Below are positions 9,092-18,751 of a DNA stretch of 48,954 bases, in pieces. Each line of letters begins with the position of its first letter. Positions within the stretch are counted from its first letter, which is position 1. The DNA is from an uncultured bacterium (GTDB lineage: Bacteria > UBP4 > UBA4092), in the NCBI GenBank assembly GCA_964644695.1, contig CAZXWN010000006.1:64196-113149 (forward strand). Reading direction: 5' to 3'. The notes below the pieces were generated by a model that ran no database searches, was not told the origin of the DNA, and saw nothing but the letters and a program-made list of their open reading frames with translations. The position numbers and the translations under genes are program-made.

Positions 9092-9197
9092 TGAATACCT
9101 CCTGGAGAATAAATAGGATTGTCAGGTGTCTCGAAGAGTGACAATCCAAACCGTAGGGTTAGGTTAACACAAACTTTTCAAGTCCGGCTACCTGGAC

Positions 9198-10148
9198 TTA
9201 GTCTTCTGACTTGATGATATATGTGGGGTCATCTTTTCGGGATTCTACCATTAATTCCCCTAAAAGCCCCACACCAAACAACTGAACACCTAAGATAATC
9301 AATAAAACGCCCAACATTAATAAAGGCCGATGTCCAATCGTTATCCCCTGAGACCAGAGCAGGCTCAGATACAGGCAGCAGCAGAATCCTGCAAACAGAG
9401 ATACCAGTCCGATGGAACCGAAAAAATGGAGTGGAACTTTCCGGAATCGGGTCATCAGGATAACGGTCAATAAATCAAAAAATCCTTCGATAAATCGGCG
9501 GCTGCCATATTTTGAAGTTCCATTGACTCTCGGTCGGTGATGGATTTTGATTTCTGAGACCTTGAATCCAAAATTTTTGGCAAATACCGGGAGAAACCGG
9601 TAACGGCCCCCGTATAATCCGATGGATTGAAGGACTTCTTTACGATAGGCTTTGAATCCACAGTTGATATCATGAAGTTGAATGTCACAGAACAAATTGA
9701 CTAATCCATTAAAGACCTTTGAGGGGATCCGTTTGGAGAAGGGGTCCAGTCGGGGATATTTCCATCCACTGACCACATCAACTCCCTGTCGGATGGTTTC
9801 AATAAACCGGGGGATTTCCATGGGGTCATCCTGTAAATCAGCATCCAGAGTCAGGATAATGGAACCTCGGGCCCGTTCAAAGGCGCAGGAGAGAGCCGCA
9901 GCCTTGCCAAAATTCCGGCGGAACTGAATCACTCGAAGAAAGGGATAATCCTTCTGAAGTCTCTTGAGTTCTTCAAAACTTCCATCTGTACTGCCGTCAT
10001 CTACCACCACAACTTCCAGTGATTCGGATAGAGTTTCCCGAACAGTATCTATTTCCTTGAACAGGGGAGCCAGACTTTCCCTCTCGTTATAGACCGGGAT
10101 CACTAAGGACAGGTCGGGTAATAAATCATGGTCTTTATTTTCAGTCAT
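9198..10148 (-). CDS. GT2 polyprenol-phosphate glycosyltransferase (ArnC/DPM1-like) with two C-terminal TM helices
   Basis: LVIPVYNE, VVDDGSTDG, RNFGKAAA, LDADLQDDP, DINCGFKAYR. Confidence 0.92.
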   Translation of the reverse strand: MTENKDHDLLPDLSLVIPVYNERESLAPLFKEIDTVRETLSESLEVVVVDDGSTDGSFEELKRLQKDYPFLRVIQFRRNFGKAAALSCAFERARGSIILTLDADLQDDPMEIPRFIETIRQGVDVVSGWKYPRLDPFSKRIPSKVFNGLVNLFCDIQLHDINCGFKAYRKEVLQSIGLYGGRYRFLPVFAKNFGFKVSEIKIHHRPRVNGTSKYGSRRFIEGFFDLLTVILMTRFRKVPLHFFGSIGLVSLFAGFCCCLYLSLLWSQGITIGHRPLLMLGVLLIILGVQLFGVGLLGELMVESRKDDPTYIIKSED

Positions 10149-10270
10149 ATAGTGGCTAATCTTACCAGAACTCCATCCTAAAATCAGGATAATTTCTCCA
10201 AATAAACAGGGGTGTCAGGTGTGATTCAGTAATTATTTTATCCTCTCCAAACTATCCACACTCTTGCCGA

Positions 10271-10314
10271 CTCATCCACGGACCAGCTCGGACTTACTCC
10301 GTGGATTCTTCGTT
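10271..10314 (-). repeat. Palindromic REP-like repeat, family A copy 1
   Basis: Reverse complement AACGAAGAATCCACGGAGTAAGTCCGAGCTGGTCCGTGGATGAG matches the copies at 30613 and 41541. Confidence 0.8.
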
Positions 10315-10395
10315 CTCACCGACGAAGCAGAAACGAACCGGGTTGGTCTAAAACCACATAATTACCATGTAATCATTCACACTGTTCCCCTGATT

Positions 10396-10482
10396 TGTCA
10401 TTCCTGCATGGTCTAAGCAGGAATCCATAAGGGCTTATGTCTTAAATCAAGATTCTGGATTCCTGCTTTCGCAGGAATGACA
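10396..10482. repeat. Inverted pair of REP-like palindromes, family B (GTCATTCCTGC...GCAGGAATCCAG), REPIN-like
   Basis: TGTCATTCCTGCATGGTCTAAGCAGGAATCCA (10396-10427) and CTGGATTCCTGCTTTCGCAGGAATGACA (10455-10482) in inverted orientation. Confidence 0.85.
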
Positions 10483-10534
10483 GTTCGGATTAACGCGATA
10501 GTTCCTATTAGATAGCCTGAGTTAAAAACAATTG

Positions 10535-10563
10535 TTGACAGTCCGTGATAAAGGGTATAGATT
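10535..10563 (+). promoter_or_regulatory. Sigma70-type promoter of the Kelch-like gene
   Basis: TTGACA-17 nt-TAGATT. Confidence 0.55.
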
Positions 10564-10601
10564 GGTGACAATGACGACTGAAAAAGGGGATTCTACAACC
10601 T

Positions 10602-11654
10602 ATGAGGATGAGTAAACAATTACTTTGTTTGTTAATTTTAGTATTGATGGCTTCGCTTTCTTTTGCTGCCGGTGAAGGCGGATGGGTGAAAAGCAGTCAA
10701 ACCAGTTTTATGGCATACAATCCTGTTATTACCTGGAATCAAAAGCTAGTCACGGCCATTTCTAACTCTATTGTCATTGGTTCATTAAGTGATAAAGGAG
10801 ATATTGATAGCTGGCTGCTTGTTAATCGACCTGGTCTGATTGTTTATGATGAGATGTCCATAACGACGACGGATAAGTATATGTTTGTTTCTGGTGGGTA
10901 TAGAAATAATTATTATTCGTCTGGTGGAAATGTTTCAGATCTATATCAATTAACTTTAAGTCCAGACAGTATAGGATATGTGGTTTATTCAGGTTTTATG
11001 GATACTCCCAGAGGAAAACATTCCAGTTTGATGGTGAATGATTATTTGTATATGTTTGGGGGAAATAACTGGAATAAAGCTGTACCGAATATATTCCTAA
11101 ATACGGTATCTTATGCCAAATTCAACCGAACGACTGAACGACTTGAAGCATTTCAGTCTGGATATCCCTTTAAACACATCCAAGGTCCGGTTTATTCTTC
11201 GTTTAGATTGGGAAACAAAGTGTATTGTTATGGCCTATACACATATGACCATTCCACGGAAGTCCCTGTTTGTTATATTGAATCTGCCGATATTCAGGTG
11301 GATGGTAAGTTAGGTGATTGGACTGTTGTGGGAGGACCGTATGACCACTATATCCCTGTGGGTGCTGTTTTTACCCAGCAATCGACCTTGTTTGTATTTG
11401 TGAATAGAAGGAGTTCAAGCGAAACAATAAATCCTTGTTATGTAATGGATTTAAAAGATAGTGGGGTCGAAGGAAATAAGTTTAAGTCGGTGACAGGTTT
11501 TACTCCATCAATCCTTGGAGGATCAGATCTTGGTTTAGGTACATGGGGTCGTTTTATATGTTTTGTAAATGATTATACCTATATTTATGACCCCTTATTA
11601 ACGAGTGCTCCATTGTTTGAAGAGTCAAATAGTGATAGTAATCTCTATGAATGA
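10602..11654 (+). CDS. Secreted hypothetical protein with Kelch-like beta-propeller repeats
   Basis: Signal peptide; YMFVSGGY, PRGKHSSLMVNDYLYMFGGN, NKVYCYG; repeated 'DG.L..W' blade ends. Confidence 0.65.
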   Translation: MRMSKQLLCLLILVLMASLSFAAGEGGWVKSSQTSFMAYNPVITWNQKLVTAISNSIVIGSLSDKGDIDSWLLVNRPGLIVYDEMSITTTDKYMFVSGGYRNNYYSSGGNVSDLYQLTLSPDSIGYVVYSGFMDTPRGKHSSLMVNDYLYMFGGNNWNKAVPNIFLNTVSYAKFNRTTERLEAFQSGYPFKHIQGPVYSSFRLGNKVYCYGLYTYDHSTEVPVCYIESADIQVDGKLGDWTVVGGPYDHYIPVGAVFTQQSTLFVFVNRRSSSETINPCYVMDLKDSGVEGNKFKSVTGFTPSILGGSDLGLGTWGRFICFVNDYTYIYDPLLTSAPLFEESNSDSNLYE

Positions 11655-11656
11655 CG

Positions 11657-11683
11657 GTCATTCCTGCGGAAGCAGGAATCCAG
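11657..11683 (+). repeat. REP-like palindrome, family B copy 3
   Basis: GTCATTCCTGCGGAAGCAGGAATCCAG, 2 nt after the stop codon. Confidence 0.85.
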
Positions 11684-11710
11684 TATCTTATTTTTATTCT
11701 GAGTCGTAAC

Positions 11711-11748
11711 AGGGGTGTTGCATCGGTTCCCAACCGGTGGACACCCCT
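11711..11748 (-). repeat. Short palindromic intergenic repeat, family C copy 2
   Basis: AGGGGTGT...ACACCCCT terminal inverted repeat; matches 5392-5428. Confidence 0.7.
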
Positions 11749-11775
11749 GATTGTTTTTATAGGGGAGGATACTCT

Positions 11776-11806
11776 CATCACTGGCAAAAGTGCCAGGATG
11801 TTCTTT
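11776..11806 (+). terminator. Possible intrinsic terminator between convergent genes
   Basis: CATC-A-CTGGCA-AAAG-TGCCAG-GATG followed by TTCTTT. Confidence 0.45.
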
Positions 11807-11830
11807 GACAACTAAATCGGAAATGAATCT

Positions 11831-13912
11831 CTATTTTTTCTTTGTTTTCTTTTTCGGTGCGGGTTTTACCGGTGTTTTGGGTTTTGGTGTTACGGTCTCT
11901 TTTGTGGGTACTGATTTCTGGGTACTAATGAAATAATTGATTTGCGGTTGAGCAATAAACTGCCATGAATTTTCTGTCTGCCGGGAAGGTAATGACCCAT
12001 CCAAAGTGGAGGATTTATCCGACCCGGTAACCTGCCATAAATATTTCCCTGTGGGAACAGGCAGTTCGATGATAATGGGTTGGGCATCCCGAGGCTGGTA
12101 ATTAAAACCGAACCCCTGGCCCTGCGTGGCCTGTGACAGCGTCAAATGTAATTTAGCAGGAACACCCTGTTGTTTGACCGCCATCAGAATCAATCCATTT
12201 TGAGTGGGAATGATAGTCCTGTCTTTATCTGGAGAAAGATGGTTCGGTACAGATTTGGTTTGAGCCTCATAAAATTCGACAATGGCCTTTGAAAATCCCA
12301 AGGCAGGATCTGTGTCCGTCGTATCTTCCAGGAAGCCAGCCAGATCAATCGTGGCGCCTTTGATTTCAGACCCTATGGCATTTCTGACCATGGATTTATC
12401 CTGTTCATCCAGCATGACGATCCATTGCCGTTTCTTTGCCAGAATCACAAAGTCCTGCAGGAAAGATTCCTTTAAGGTTGATTTCCAGGCGGGAGACAAC
12501 ATGACGACTGATTGGGAGGGAATAAAAGCCATTGAGTCGGAATTGGCCCACCGCATGGGAAGATATCCTGCAGCCTGATGAACCATGGACTGGAAATCAC
12601 CGGCTAACATATCTCCCCGCAGATTAAGTGGAGAAGAAACAATATACAGATAAGGTGAGACTCTCTTACTTCGGATATTCTGAACAGAGGTTAAAGTAGC
12701 TTTTCCCCGGGCATATCCCGTTTCAATCGGACTCCCTGCTGCATTGATCATAAATCGCGGGTCTTCCTTGCCATTGACTCCTGCACCCATAAATTGGGCG
12801 TTGATAATCAGTTCTGGTTGTAATGGCAAAGATATCCGGACGGGCAGGTCTCTTAACCAGTTCCCGGGTTCTCCGGTGGAATTTCGGACTCCACTGGCCA
12901 TGACATACAGGGGTTTTCCTTTGTCCGAACTGATACCGACTAATGATAAAGTGGATTGGATTTTACTTAATCCACCGTCTGCCTGTTTGGAATCTGAATA
13001 CAGAGAGACTCCGACCACATCAGCCATTTCCATCCATTGTTGAACATCCAATGCTCCATGGGCACTTCCACTGGAAGCCAGGATAGAAGCAGCGTTTCCG
13101 TCTAAGTGCCAGATGACAGGTTGCTCTGAATAGTTATGCCATTGTGTCTTGACCAGGTCAAACTCACTTAACAGCCAGTCATTCATGGCTCGGAGATAAT
13201 CAAAATAGGCTTTTTCAGACAGGGGATACCGATTATCCCAATCATTGGCGGGGATGGGTAAGTCATCAAAACTGTTGAAACTGGTTCGATAATCTCGATT
13301 GATTAAATCAATCGAATCCACTCGTTTCTGTAACCATGACAGCCAGTAAGTCCGGGCATAAGAACTCCGTTGTATGAACTGATATTGACCGGCCTGTGAT
13401 TTGCTGGGAATAAATAACTGAGAGAACGTCTCGCTGAATATTCCAATAGTGAATCCAGCCATAGAAGGTCTCTTCCCATAAGTCGATGCATAATACCGGG
13501 TTTCTTCATTTAACCATTTTTCATATTCGGGATTTCCAATAATGGATTCCAGACTGGGGTTGGATACGGGTGTGGAACTCTCGGATAAGACTTTCTGATA
13601 CAGATAGTTTGTTCCCGTGGATTGTTTGGCATCCACTCCCTGGATGATGATTTTCATGTGGCGTTTATCTGCCTCATCAAACAGGCTGTCCAGTATGACT
13701 TCACTTTTCCCGTCTTCCCAGATATGTGCCGGAGGGATGACACTGATGACTTGGGCTCCTGCCTTTTGTGCCAAATCAAGACACTGAAGTGCGTGAGTAC
13801 TGCTTCGCAGGTTGTTGAAGTTTAGAGTATATCCAATTTGAGTGGCGCCCAGTGCCAGGGAAGCGGCGAATAATATGCAGATGAGAGAAAGGTAGATTGA
13901 TAACTTTTTCAT
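11831..13912 (-). CDS. Secreted protein with putative glycoside hydrolase (GH42/clan A-like) TIM-barrel N-terminal domain and Pro/Lys-rich tail
   Basis: Signal peptide MKKLS... with upstream GGAG; 'WLQKRVDSIDLINRDYRTSFNSFDDLPIP' resembles a GH42 motif; DVVGVSLY; C-terminal PKPKTPVKPAPKKKTKKK. Confidence 0.5.
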   Translation of the reverse strand: MKKLSIYLSLICILFAASLALGATQIGYTLNFNNLRSSTHALQCLDLAQKAGAQVISVIPPAHIWEDGKSEVILDSLFDEADKRHMKIIIQGVDAKQSTGTNYLYQKVLSESSTPVSNPSLESIIGNPEYEKWLNEETRYYASTYGKRPSMAGFTIGIFSETFSQLFIPSKSQAGQYQFIQRSSYARTYWLSWLQKRVDSIDLINRDYRTSFNSFDDLPIPANDWDNRYPLSEKAYFDYLRAMNDWLLSEFDLVKTQWHNYSEQPVIWHLDGNAASILASSGSAHGALDVQQWMEMADVVGVSLYSDSKQADGGLSKIQSTLSLVGISSDKGKPLYVMASGVRNSTGEPGNWLRDLPVRISLPLQPELIINAQFMGAGVNGKEDPRFMINAAGSPIETGYARGKATLTSVQNIRSKRVSPYLYIVSSPLNLRGDMLAGDFQSMVHQAAGYLPMRWANSDSMAFIPSQSVVMLSPAWKSTLKESFLQDFVILAKKRQWIVMLDEQDKSMVRNAIGSEIKGATIDLAGFLEDTTDTDPALGFSKAIVEFYEAQTKSVPNHLSPDKDRTIIPTQNGLILMAVKQQGVPAKLHLTLSQATQGQGFGFNYQPRDAQPIIIELPVPTGKYLWQVTGSDKSSTLDGSLPSRQTENSWQFIAQPQINYFISTQKSVPTKETVTPKPKTPVKPAPKKKTKKK

Positions 13913-14005
13913 AAATGATTTTGACTCCATGAATATAAATCTGTCCAAAGATAATTATATAAGAGGAATAGCCTCAGAGCCGAATCTGAAACAGGATTTC
14001 CAAAT

Positions 14006-14034
14006 AAAAAAGGCGGCCTTTATTCAGGCCGCCT
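14006..14034 (-). terminator. Intrinsic terminator of the large amidase gene
   Basis: AGGCGGCCT/AGGCCGCCT stem with a T-run on the minus strand. Confidence 0.8.
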
Positions 14035-14052
14035 CTGTAAAATCAAACAGCG

Positions 14053-17000
14053 TTACAGAAGTGCAGGGTCGATATATTCAGTTCCCCGAACCTCTCGTAG
14101 ATAGTCAACATCCTGAATGGCCATCATTCCGGTGGCATCATTCTGAGCCATGAATTGCATTTGATGGAAACCATTTCTGCCGGTTCCTGATAAATACATC
14201 CATCCGTCCACGATATTACCGAACTGCGCCACCGCTATCAATTGCCCCGGTGTACTGACAAAATCATAACTTCCATTACTGGTGACACCATAACAGGCCA
14301 GCATTGCCAGGGAATTGTAAGTGGTGAAGTTTCCAGATAACAAATCAATGTTAGCCTTGATTCCTATCGGTAACCCAGGGATGGAAGGCGGTGTATAAAT
14401 ACTCCCGCTGGTAGTGGTTGCGGTGAACTTGGCACCCTTGAGTCCGGAGGATGAGGCACCCGTGAAGTTTAACTTTAACTGGTTATTAGTATCAAATTCC
14501 AGTGCCGGGAGACTGATGGACCCATTGATTTGTTCTGTTCCCCAATACTGATTCAATGCCTGTTGAGTTGTCAGGACACTGCCATTGTAATGGAGCAGAG
14601 TGTTTGCACGAGGCAATTTGATTATTTCCGGAGCCATTGGCAGTACCTGGATTTCCTGAATAAATATTGTGACCGGGCTGCTGCCGGCGGTCATGAGTAT
14701 CTGAGGATAACCCGGGCCGGTACTGCGTGTGTATAGAGGAACATCAATCCATGTCCAGGTGGAAGGAACTCCGAAATAGATATTGGCTCCCACATCTGCC
14801 CGATTATTCCCCGGGATGATTCCATTGAAATGGAATAGGCTGACTTGAGCATTATTATTTGCTACGGAAGCTGCCACCTTCATTCGCGCCAGGTACCAGG
14901 AATCACTCTGATAGAAATTATGATGCTGGAACAGTGGAGTCATCTTAATACCCTGGTTTGCATTGGAGAAGGTGAAACACATGACATTAGAAGCCTTCGT
15001 CCCTGCCTTATCGGTGGTGGAAGCTGCAAATGCCACAGCAGGTAAAGCCGTCTTATCAGGGGCAATCTCTAATCCATAATTCCAGATATCCTCGAAACTG
15101 CTGAACTGACCCACCCAGAAATACCGGGGGTAAACAGTCAGGTATTCACTGTCTTGATCTGCCGTATAAGGTGCGCCCGATAATGGAGACGCCGTGATTT
15201 TGATTCGGACATTGCCTGATAGATTATCCAGACAACGAATCCTGATTCCCGTAGCGCCTGACCATGTTACTTCCAGCTTGCTGGTGTCTTCCACATATAA
15301 AGCATCTTGTCGTCCAAAGGAGGCCGGAATCGCTGGCCCTGACAGGGTCTCAGTGAACGGCAGCAGATTTACGACGATATCTTCACCGCTTCTCATCGGG
15401 AGAATCGGTAATCTGTCTAAACGATAAGTGGAGTATTTTACCAACGAAGTAACTTGACTGGTCCCATTCAGATTTGCTACTCCAAATATATTCAGACCTG
15501 TTGTAGGTGTGGCTGATGTATTTTGAATAACGGTTGAACCTGATAACGAGGCTAATCCTGCCCAGTTAGAGATGAGGCTGTAAGTGGCGCTGTTATCTCT
15601 GACATAATCTTTTAGAACCAGGCTGGAGGAGGCTGTTTGCCCTGTCAATCGTTTGACGGCCGGTAATGAATCAACGGAGGGCCCTTTGGCAATATCAAAG
15701 AAATCCAATACCCTGCTCATTATCGTTGTCTGTATGGAGGATGAAACAATCGTTTCAAAGGGGAACCCCAGATAAACTAATTTGTAAGTTCCGGAATACT
15801 GAACTCCAGCCACCGTACCAGAACCGGCAGAAGTATATTCCATCGCTGCTACGGATCCTCCGGTCGGAGTGATGACATCGGGCCAGTTAACTTTGTAGGT
15901 GTTTGCTGAACCATTGTCGTAAGTAATATTATTTATTCCATTGAAGATTGAACCTGACTTGCCATAAGCGACAAAAGTACCTGCGTTATCCTGGACATAA
16001 TTAGCCTTTAGATAATTATCTACAAAGGTTACTGTTCCAGACCGATCCAGGTCCCATGCAACCTCGGCGCCGGTGAGGAATAGATTTCCTCCCCCGTTTA
16101 AGTAGTTTTGCAGCTGAGTCTGTTGTGCGGCATTAATGGAGGCATCATTTGTGGGGTCAACTGTACTGACTTCAGACTGGATGCCAGCAATCCAGATAAT
16201 GGCCTTGTATTGTGACAGGTCCATGTCAGGCAGGGACTGGTGTTCACAAGCATCAAAGGCAACATTCTTACCCCAGGCATCAATGGCTCTGGCATGTTCC
16301 ACAATATAATCTTTTGTATCCATGCGGTTTGGCCAGTGGCGATAAAGAACGTCCCCAGAATATGAATAAAAGACTCGCGTAGAAATATCCAGCTTATCGA
16401 ATCCATTTACAATCAGTATTTTGGGTGTCTCGGAATTTAGTGCCATTTTGGCGGCTAACACTTCTGTGGCAAAACTTTCTCCACCTTCATTGATGGCTGT
16501 AACACGGAAAAAATAGGTTTTCCCGGGAGTCAGTCCGGACATAACACAAGTTGTCTGGCTGACTGTGGTGGAATCTACAAAGCCCTTCCCATGAGTTCCA
16601 TAATATACTTTGTATCCGGTAGCCTTATCTCCGAAGATATTTCTTCCGTCGCTATTATAGGGAGATTCAGTCCAGTTTAAGGTGACTGTCGTACTGGAAT
16701 TTTGTCGGACCTTAAAATACAAGGGAGGTTCAGGAAGTAGTTTGGGTGTTACCCCTGCTTTATTTGCAAAGTACTTTACGGTTCCCTGATATACTGCTCT
16801 TGCCAGCACTCTTTTAAACTTGGGGTCATGATACATGGCCATATCTGTCGCACTGTCATGAAATAACCATTCCCCAAGGAAAATGGGCATTGCATATCCA
16901 ACATTTGCCGGACTGTTTTCTCCATATTCCCCATAATTTTTCCCACCATTCGTGAAATTTGAGTTGTAGCCATTAATAATATCGTTGGCTACTTCATCAT

Positions 17001-18651
17001 GGACATAATTACGGAATGTATTGTGTGCCGAGTTTTTATATGTGGTACTGTAGACATAGGTACGCACACCAGTGCCACCACCTGCATTGGTGTGATGGCT
17101 AATGAAAACAGCGTCCTCTGTGGATGCGCCATATGCCACAGCGCCATCATAAAGCCATTTACCGAACTTGGGTCGTGCACTCCACCCGGACGCTTCATCT
17201 CTACCATTTGCCGTAAGGTATGTCGGAGCCCCATTAAATAAGGCGTGATAAACAGCATCTTCCTCAAACCGGGCTTTGCCGCTGTTACTTCCAGTGGAGC
17301 GGCGGACATTTCCTTTTCCGCCACCAATACGAACCGCATCCGCTGAAACAATATGGTCTGATGAACTCGAATCATTGTATAAAATTACTTTTGCTGTATT
17401 TCCTGCTTCGAAATAAAAATTACCCAGGTAACACCAAGTAAAACGGCGTCTTCTTTGATCCAGATAAGTATGAGTGGTGCCTGCGGAATGGACAATGGCA
17501 TAATGAGCCTGGGGAGAACGATTGGTGAAGGCGGCATGTGAAACATAAACATTGAAATAACCTGTTACAGGCATTGTGGTTGACCATGAGGCAGAAGCCG
17601 TCGGAACTCCAGTGACACAATTGATAAGCCGGGTAGAGCCATAACTAAAAGGGTTTTGGTCATAGGTATAGGAAGTGATTCCGTTTTTAAATCCTGCCAG
17701 CGAACTGTAGAACCACCCTGAACCTGTTTCAGTATAGGTGGGTGCGCCATCCAGATCATCCATGGTAATCATCGTGGTATTAAAATCTGTTTCTCGGACA
17801 CTGTGAACATCTGCTCCAGCGTTATAAAAATAATTCCACAGATAGGTATTGACCCACTCCACATTAGAAAAGTCTTCTATATTGTTGTAAACAAAAGAAC
17901 GCTGTAATCCCCAGGTTGAGTAGGTAGTAACCCATACATATCCATGACCAGGATTAAGATAAACAGCTTTACCCGCCAGAGCTCCCTGATATTGAGGGAT
18001 TCCGGGCCGGGGAAACTGCTTCGCTTCAGCCAAAGGCTTGTCATTAGTAACTTGAGTAGGTTTTGCTGTATCTGCGGGACCTGGTTTATTTTCTAAAACT
18101 TTTGGGAGGAACGAGTCCAGCGGCAGAGTTCCTTTTCCATCGGGATTGGTGACTTGGATTGTTGATCCCAGATAGGGTAAGTTTTGAAGACTCTTCAATA
18201 CCGATTGGGACATATAGTCAAAGTTTTCCTGCATCCATTCGGAATTTTTCAGGTATGAAGATGGAATCGTTAATGTGACCACCAGAACCCCGATGGGATC
18301 AGGTTCGACACTCACAAAAACCGTTCCTTCCGGGAAGGCGGAACGGAGCCCCTGTTTTTTTTCTTCAGCAGTGGGCCCTTCTAACAGAGTCAGAAGGATA
18401 GTCTTTGCCTGATTGATTAGTGTATCACTGGCTGAAGTAGCTATCTCCGGTCTCTCAACAACAGCAAACCCTGTTTCTGCCGGTAAATGAATCACAGGTT
18501 TTAAGGATGTTGCCTTGGCATCATTCCATCCTATCGGTTTGCCGTCTGGGTTTAATCCCAGATCGGACATCTTATCGGCAATAGGTGAACTTGCCATAAC
18601 CCAGGATGTCATTGCCAGTATTACCAGTCCACTAAAAAAACTCTTTTTCAT
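14053..18651 (-). CDS. Giant secreted multidomain peptidoglycan amidase-like protein (GerMN-like, split Amidase_3 with golvesin/CBM-like insertion, FN3, unknown C-terminal region)
   Basis: Signal peptide; LLEGPTAEEKKQGLRSAFPEG (GerMN-like); VYLNPGHG...EDFSN...FISHHTNA...GEWLFHD Zn-amidase ligands; ADAVRIGGG; LTPGKTYFFRVTAINEGGES (FN3). Confidence 0.75.
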   Translation of the reverse strand: MKKSFFSGLVILAMTSWVMASSPIADKMSDLGLNPDGKPIGWNDAKATSLKPVIHLPAETGFAVVERPEIATSASDTLINQAKTILLTLLEGPTAEEKKQGLRSAFPEGTVFVSVEPDPIGVLVVTLTIPSSYLKNSEWMQENFDYMSQSVLKSLQNLPYLGSTIQVTNPDGKGTLPLDSFLPKVLENKPGPADTAKPTQVTNDKPLAEAKQFPRPGIPQYQGALAGKAVYLNPGHGYVWVTTYSTWGLQRSFVYNNIEDFSNVEWVNTYLWNYFYNAGADVHSVRETDFNTTMITMDDLDGAPTYTETGSGWFYSSLAGFKNGITSYTYDQNPFSYGSTRLINCVTGVPTASASWSTTMPVTGYFNVYVSHAAFTNRSPQAHYAIVHSAGTTHTYLDQRRRRFTWCYLGNFYFEAGNTAKVILYNDSSSSDHIVSADAVRIGGGKGNVRRSTGSNSGKARFEEDAVYHALFNGAPTYLTANGRDEASGWSARPKFGKWLYDGAVAYGASTEDAVFISHHTNAGGGTGVRTYVYSTTYKNSAHNTFRNYVHDEVANDIINGYNSNFTNGGKNYGEYGENSPANVGYAMPIFLGEWLFHDSATDMAMYHDPKFKRVLARAVYQGTVKYFANKAGVTPKLLPEPPLYFKVRQNSSTTVTLNWTESPYNSDGRNIFGDKATGYKVYYGTHGKGFVDSTTVSQTTCVMSGLTPGKTYFFRVTAINEGGESFATEVLAAKMALNSETPKILIVNGFDKLDISTRVFYSYSGDVLYRHWPNRMDTKDYIVEHARAIDAWGKNVAFDACEHQSLPDMDLSQYKAIIWIAGIQSEVSTVDPTNDASINAAQQTQLQNYLNGGGNLFLTGAEVAWDLDRSGTVTFVDNYLKANYVQDNAGTFVAYGKSGSIFNGINNITYDNGSANTYKVNWPDVITPTGGSVAAMEYTSAGSGTVAGVQYSGTYKLVYLGFPFETIVSSSIQTTIMSRVLDFFDIAKGPSVDSLPAVKRLTGQTASSSLVLKDYVRDNSATYSLISNWAGLASLSGSTVIQNTSATPTTGLNIFGVANLNGTSQVTSLVKYSTYRLDRLPILPMRSGEDIVVNLLPFTETLSGPAIPASFGRQDALYVEDTSKLEVTWSGATGIRIRCLDNLSGNVRIKITASPLSGAPYTADQDSEYLTVYPRYFWVGQFSSFEDIWNYGLEIAPDKTALPAVAFAASTTDKAGTKASNVMCFTFSNANQGIKMTPLFQHHNFYQSDSWYLARMKVAASVANNNAQVSLFHFNGIIPGNNRADVGANIYFGVPSTWTWIDVPLYTRSTGPGYPQILMTAGSSPVTIFIQEIQVLPMAPEIIKLPRANTLLHYNGSVLTTQQALNQYWGTEQINGSISLPALEFDTNNQLKLNFTGASSSGLKGAKFTATTTSGSIYTPPSIPGLPIGIKANIDLLSGNFTTYNSLAMLACYGVTSNGSYDFVSTPGQLIAVAQFGNIVDGWMYLSGTGRNGFHQMQFMAQNDATGMMAIQDVDYLREVRGTEYIDPALL

Positions 18652-18751
18652 GACACATTCTCCGTTACGATTCATTTACAATATATATCCAATACGATTG
18701 GGATGTAACGATATTATAAGTGTTATTGTCAATATTGCAAATTGGGGCCTG

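Noticed and set aside
11554-11811. 85-aa minus-strand ORF containing WIPASAGMT
   Set aside because: The peptide is the translation of the family B palindrome; it overlaps repeats and the Kelch gene end
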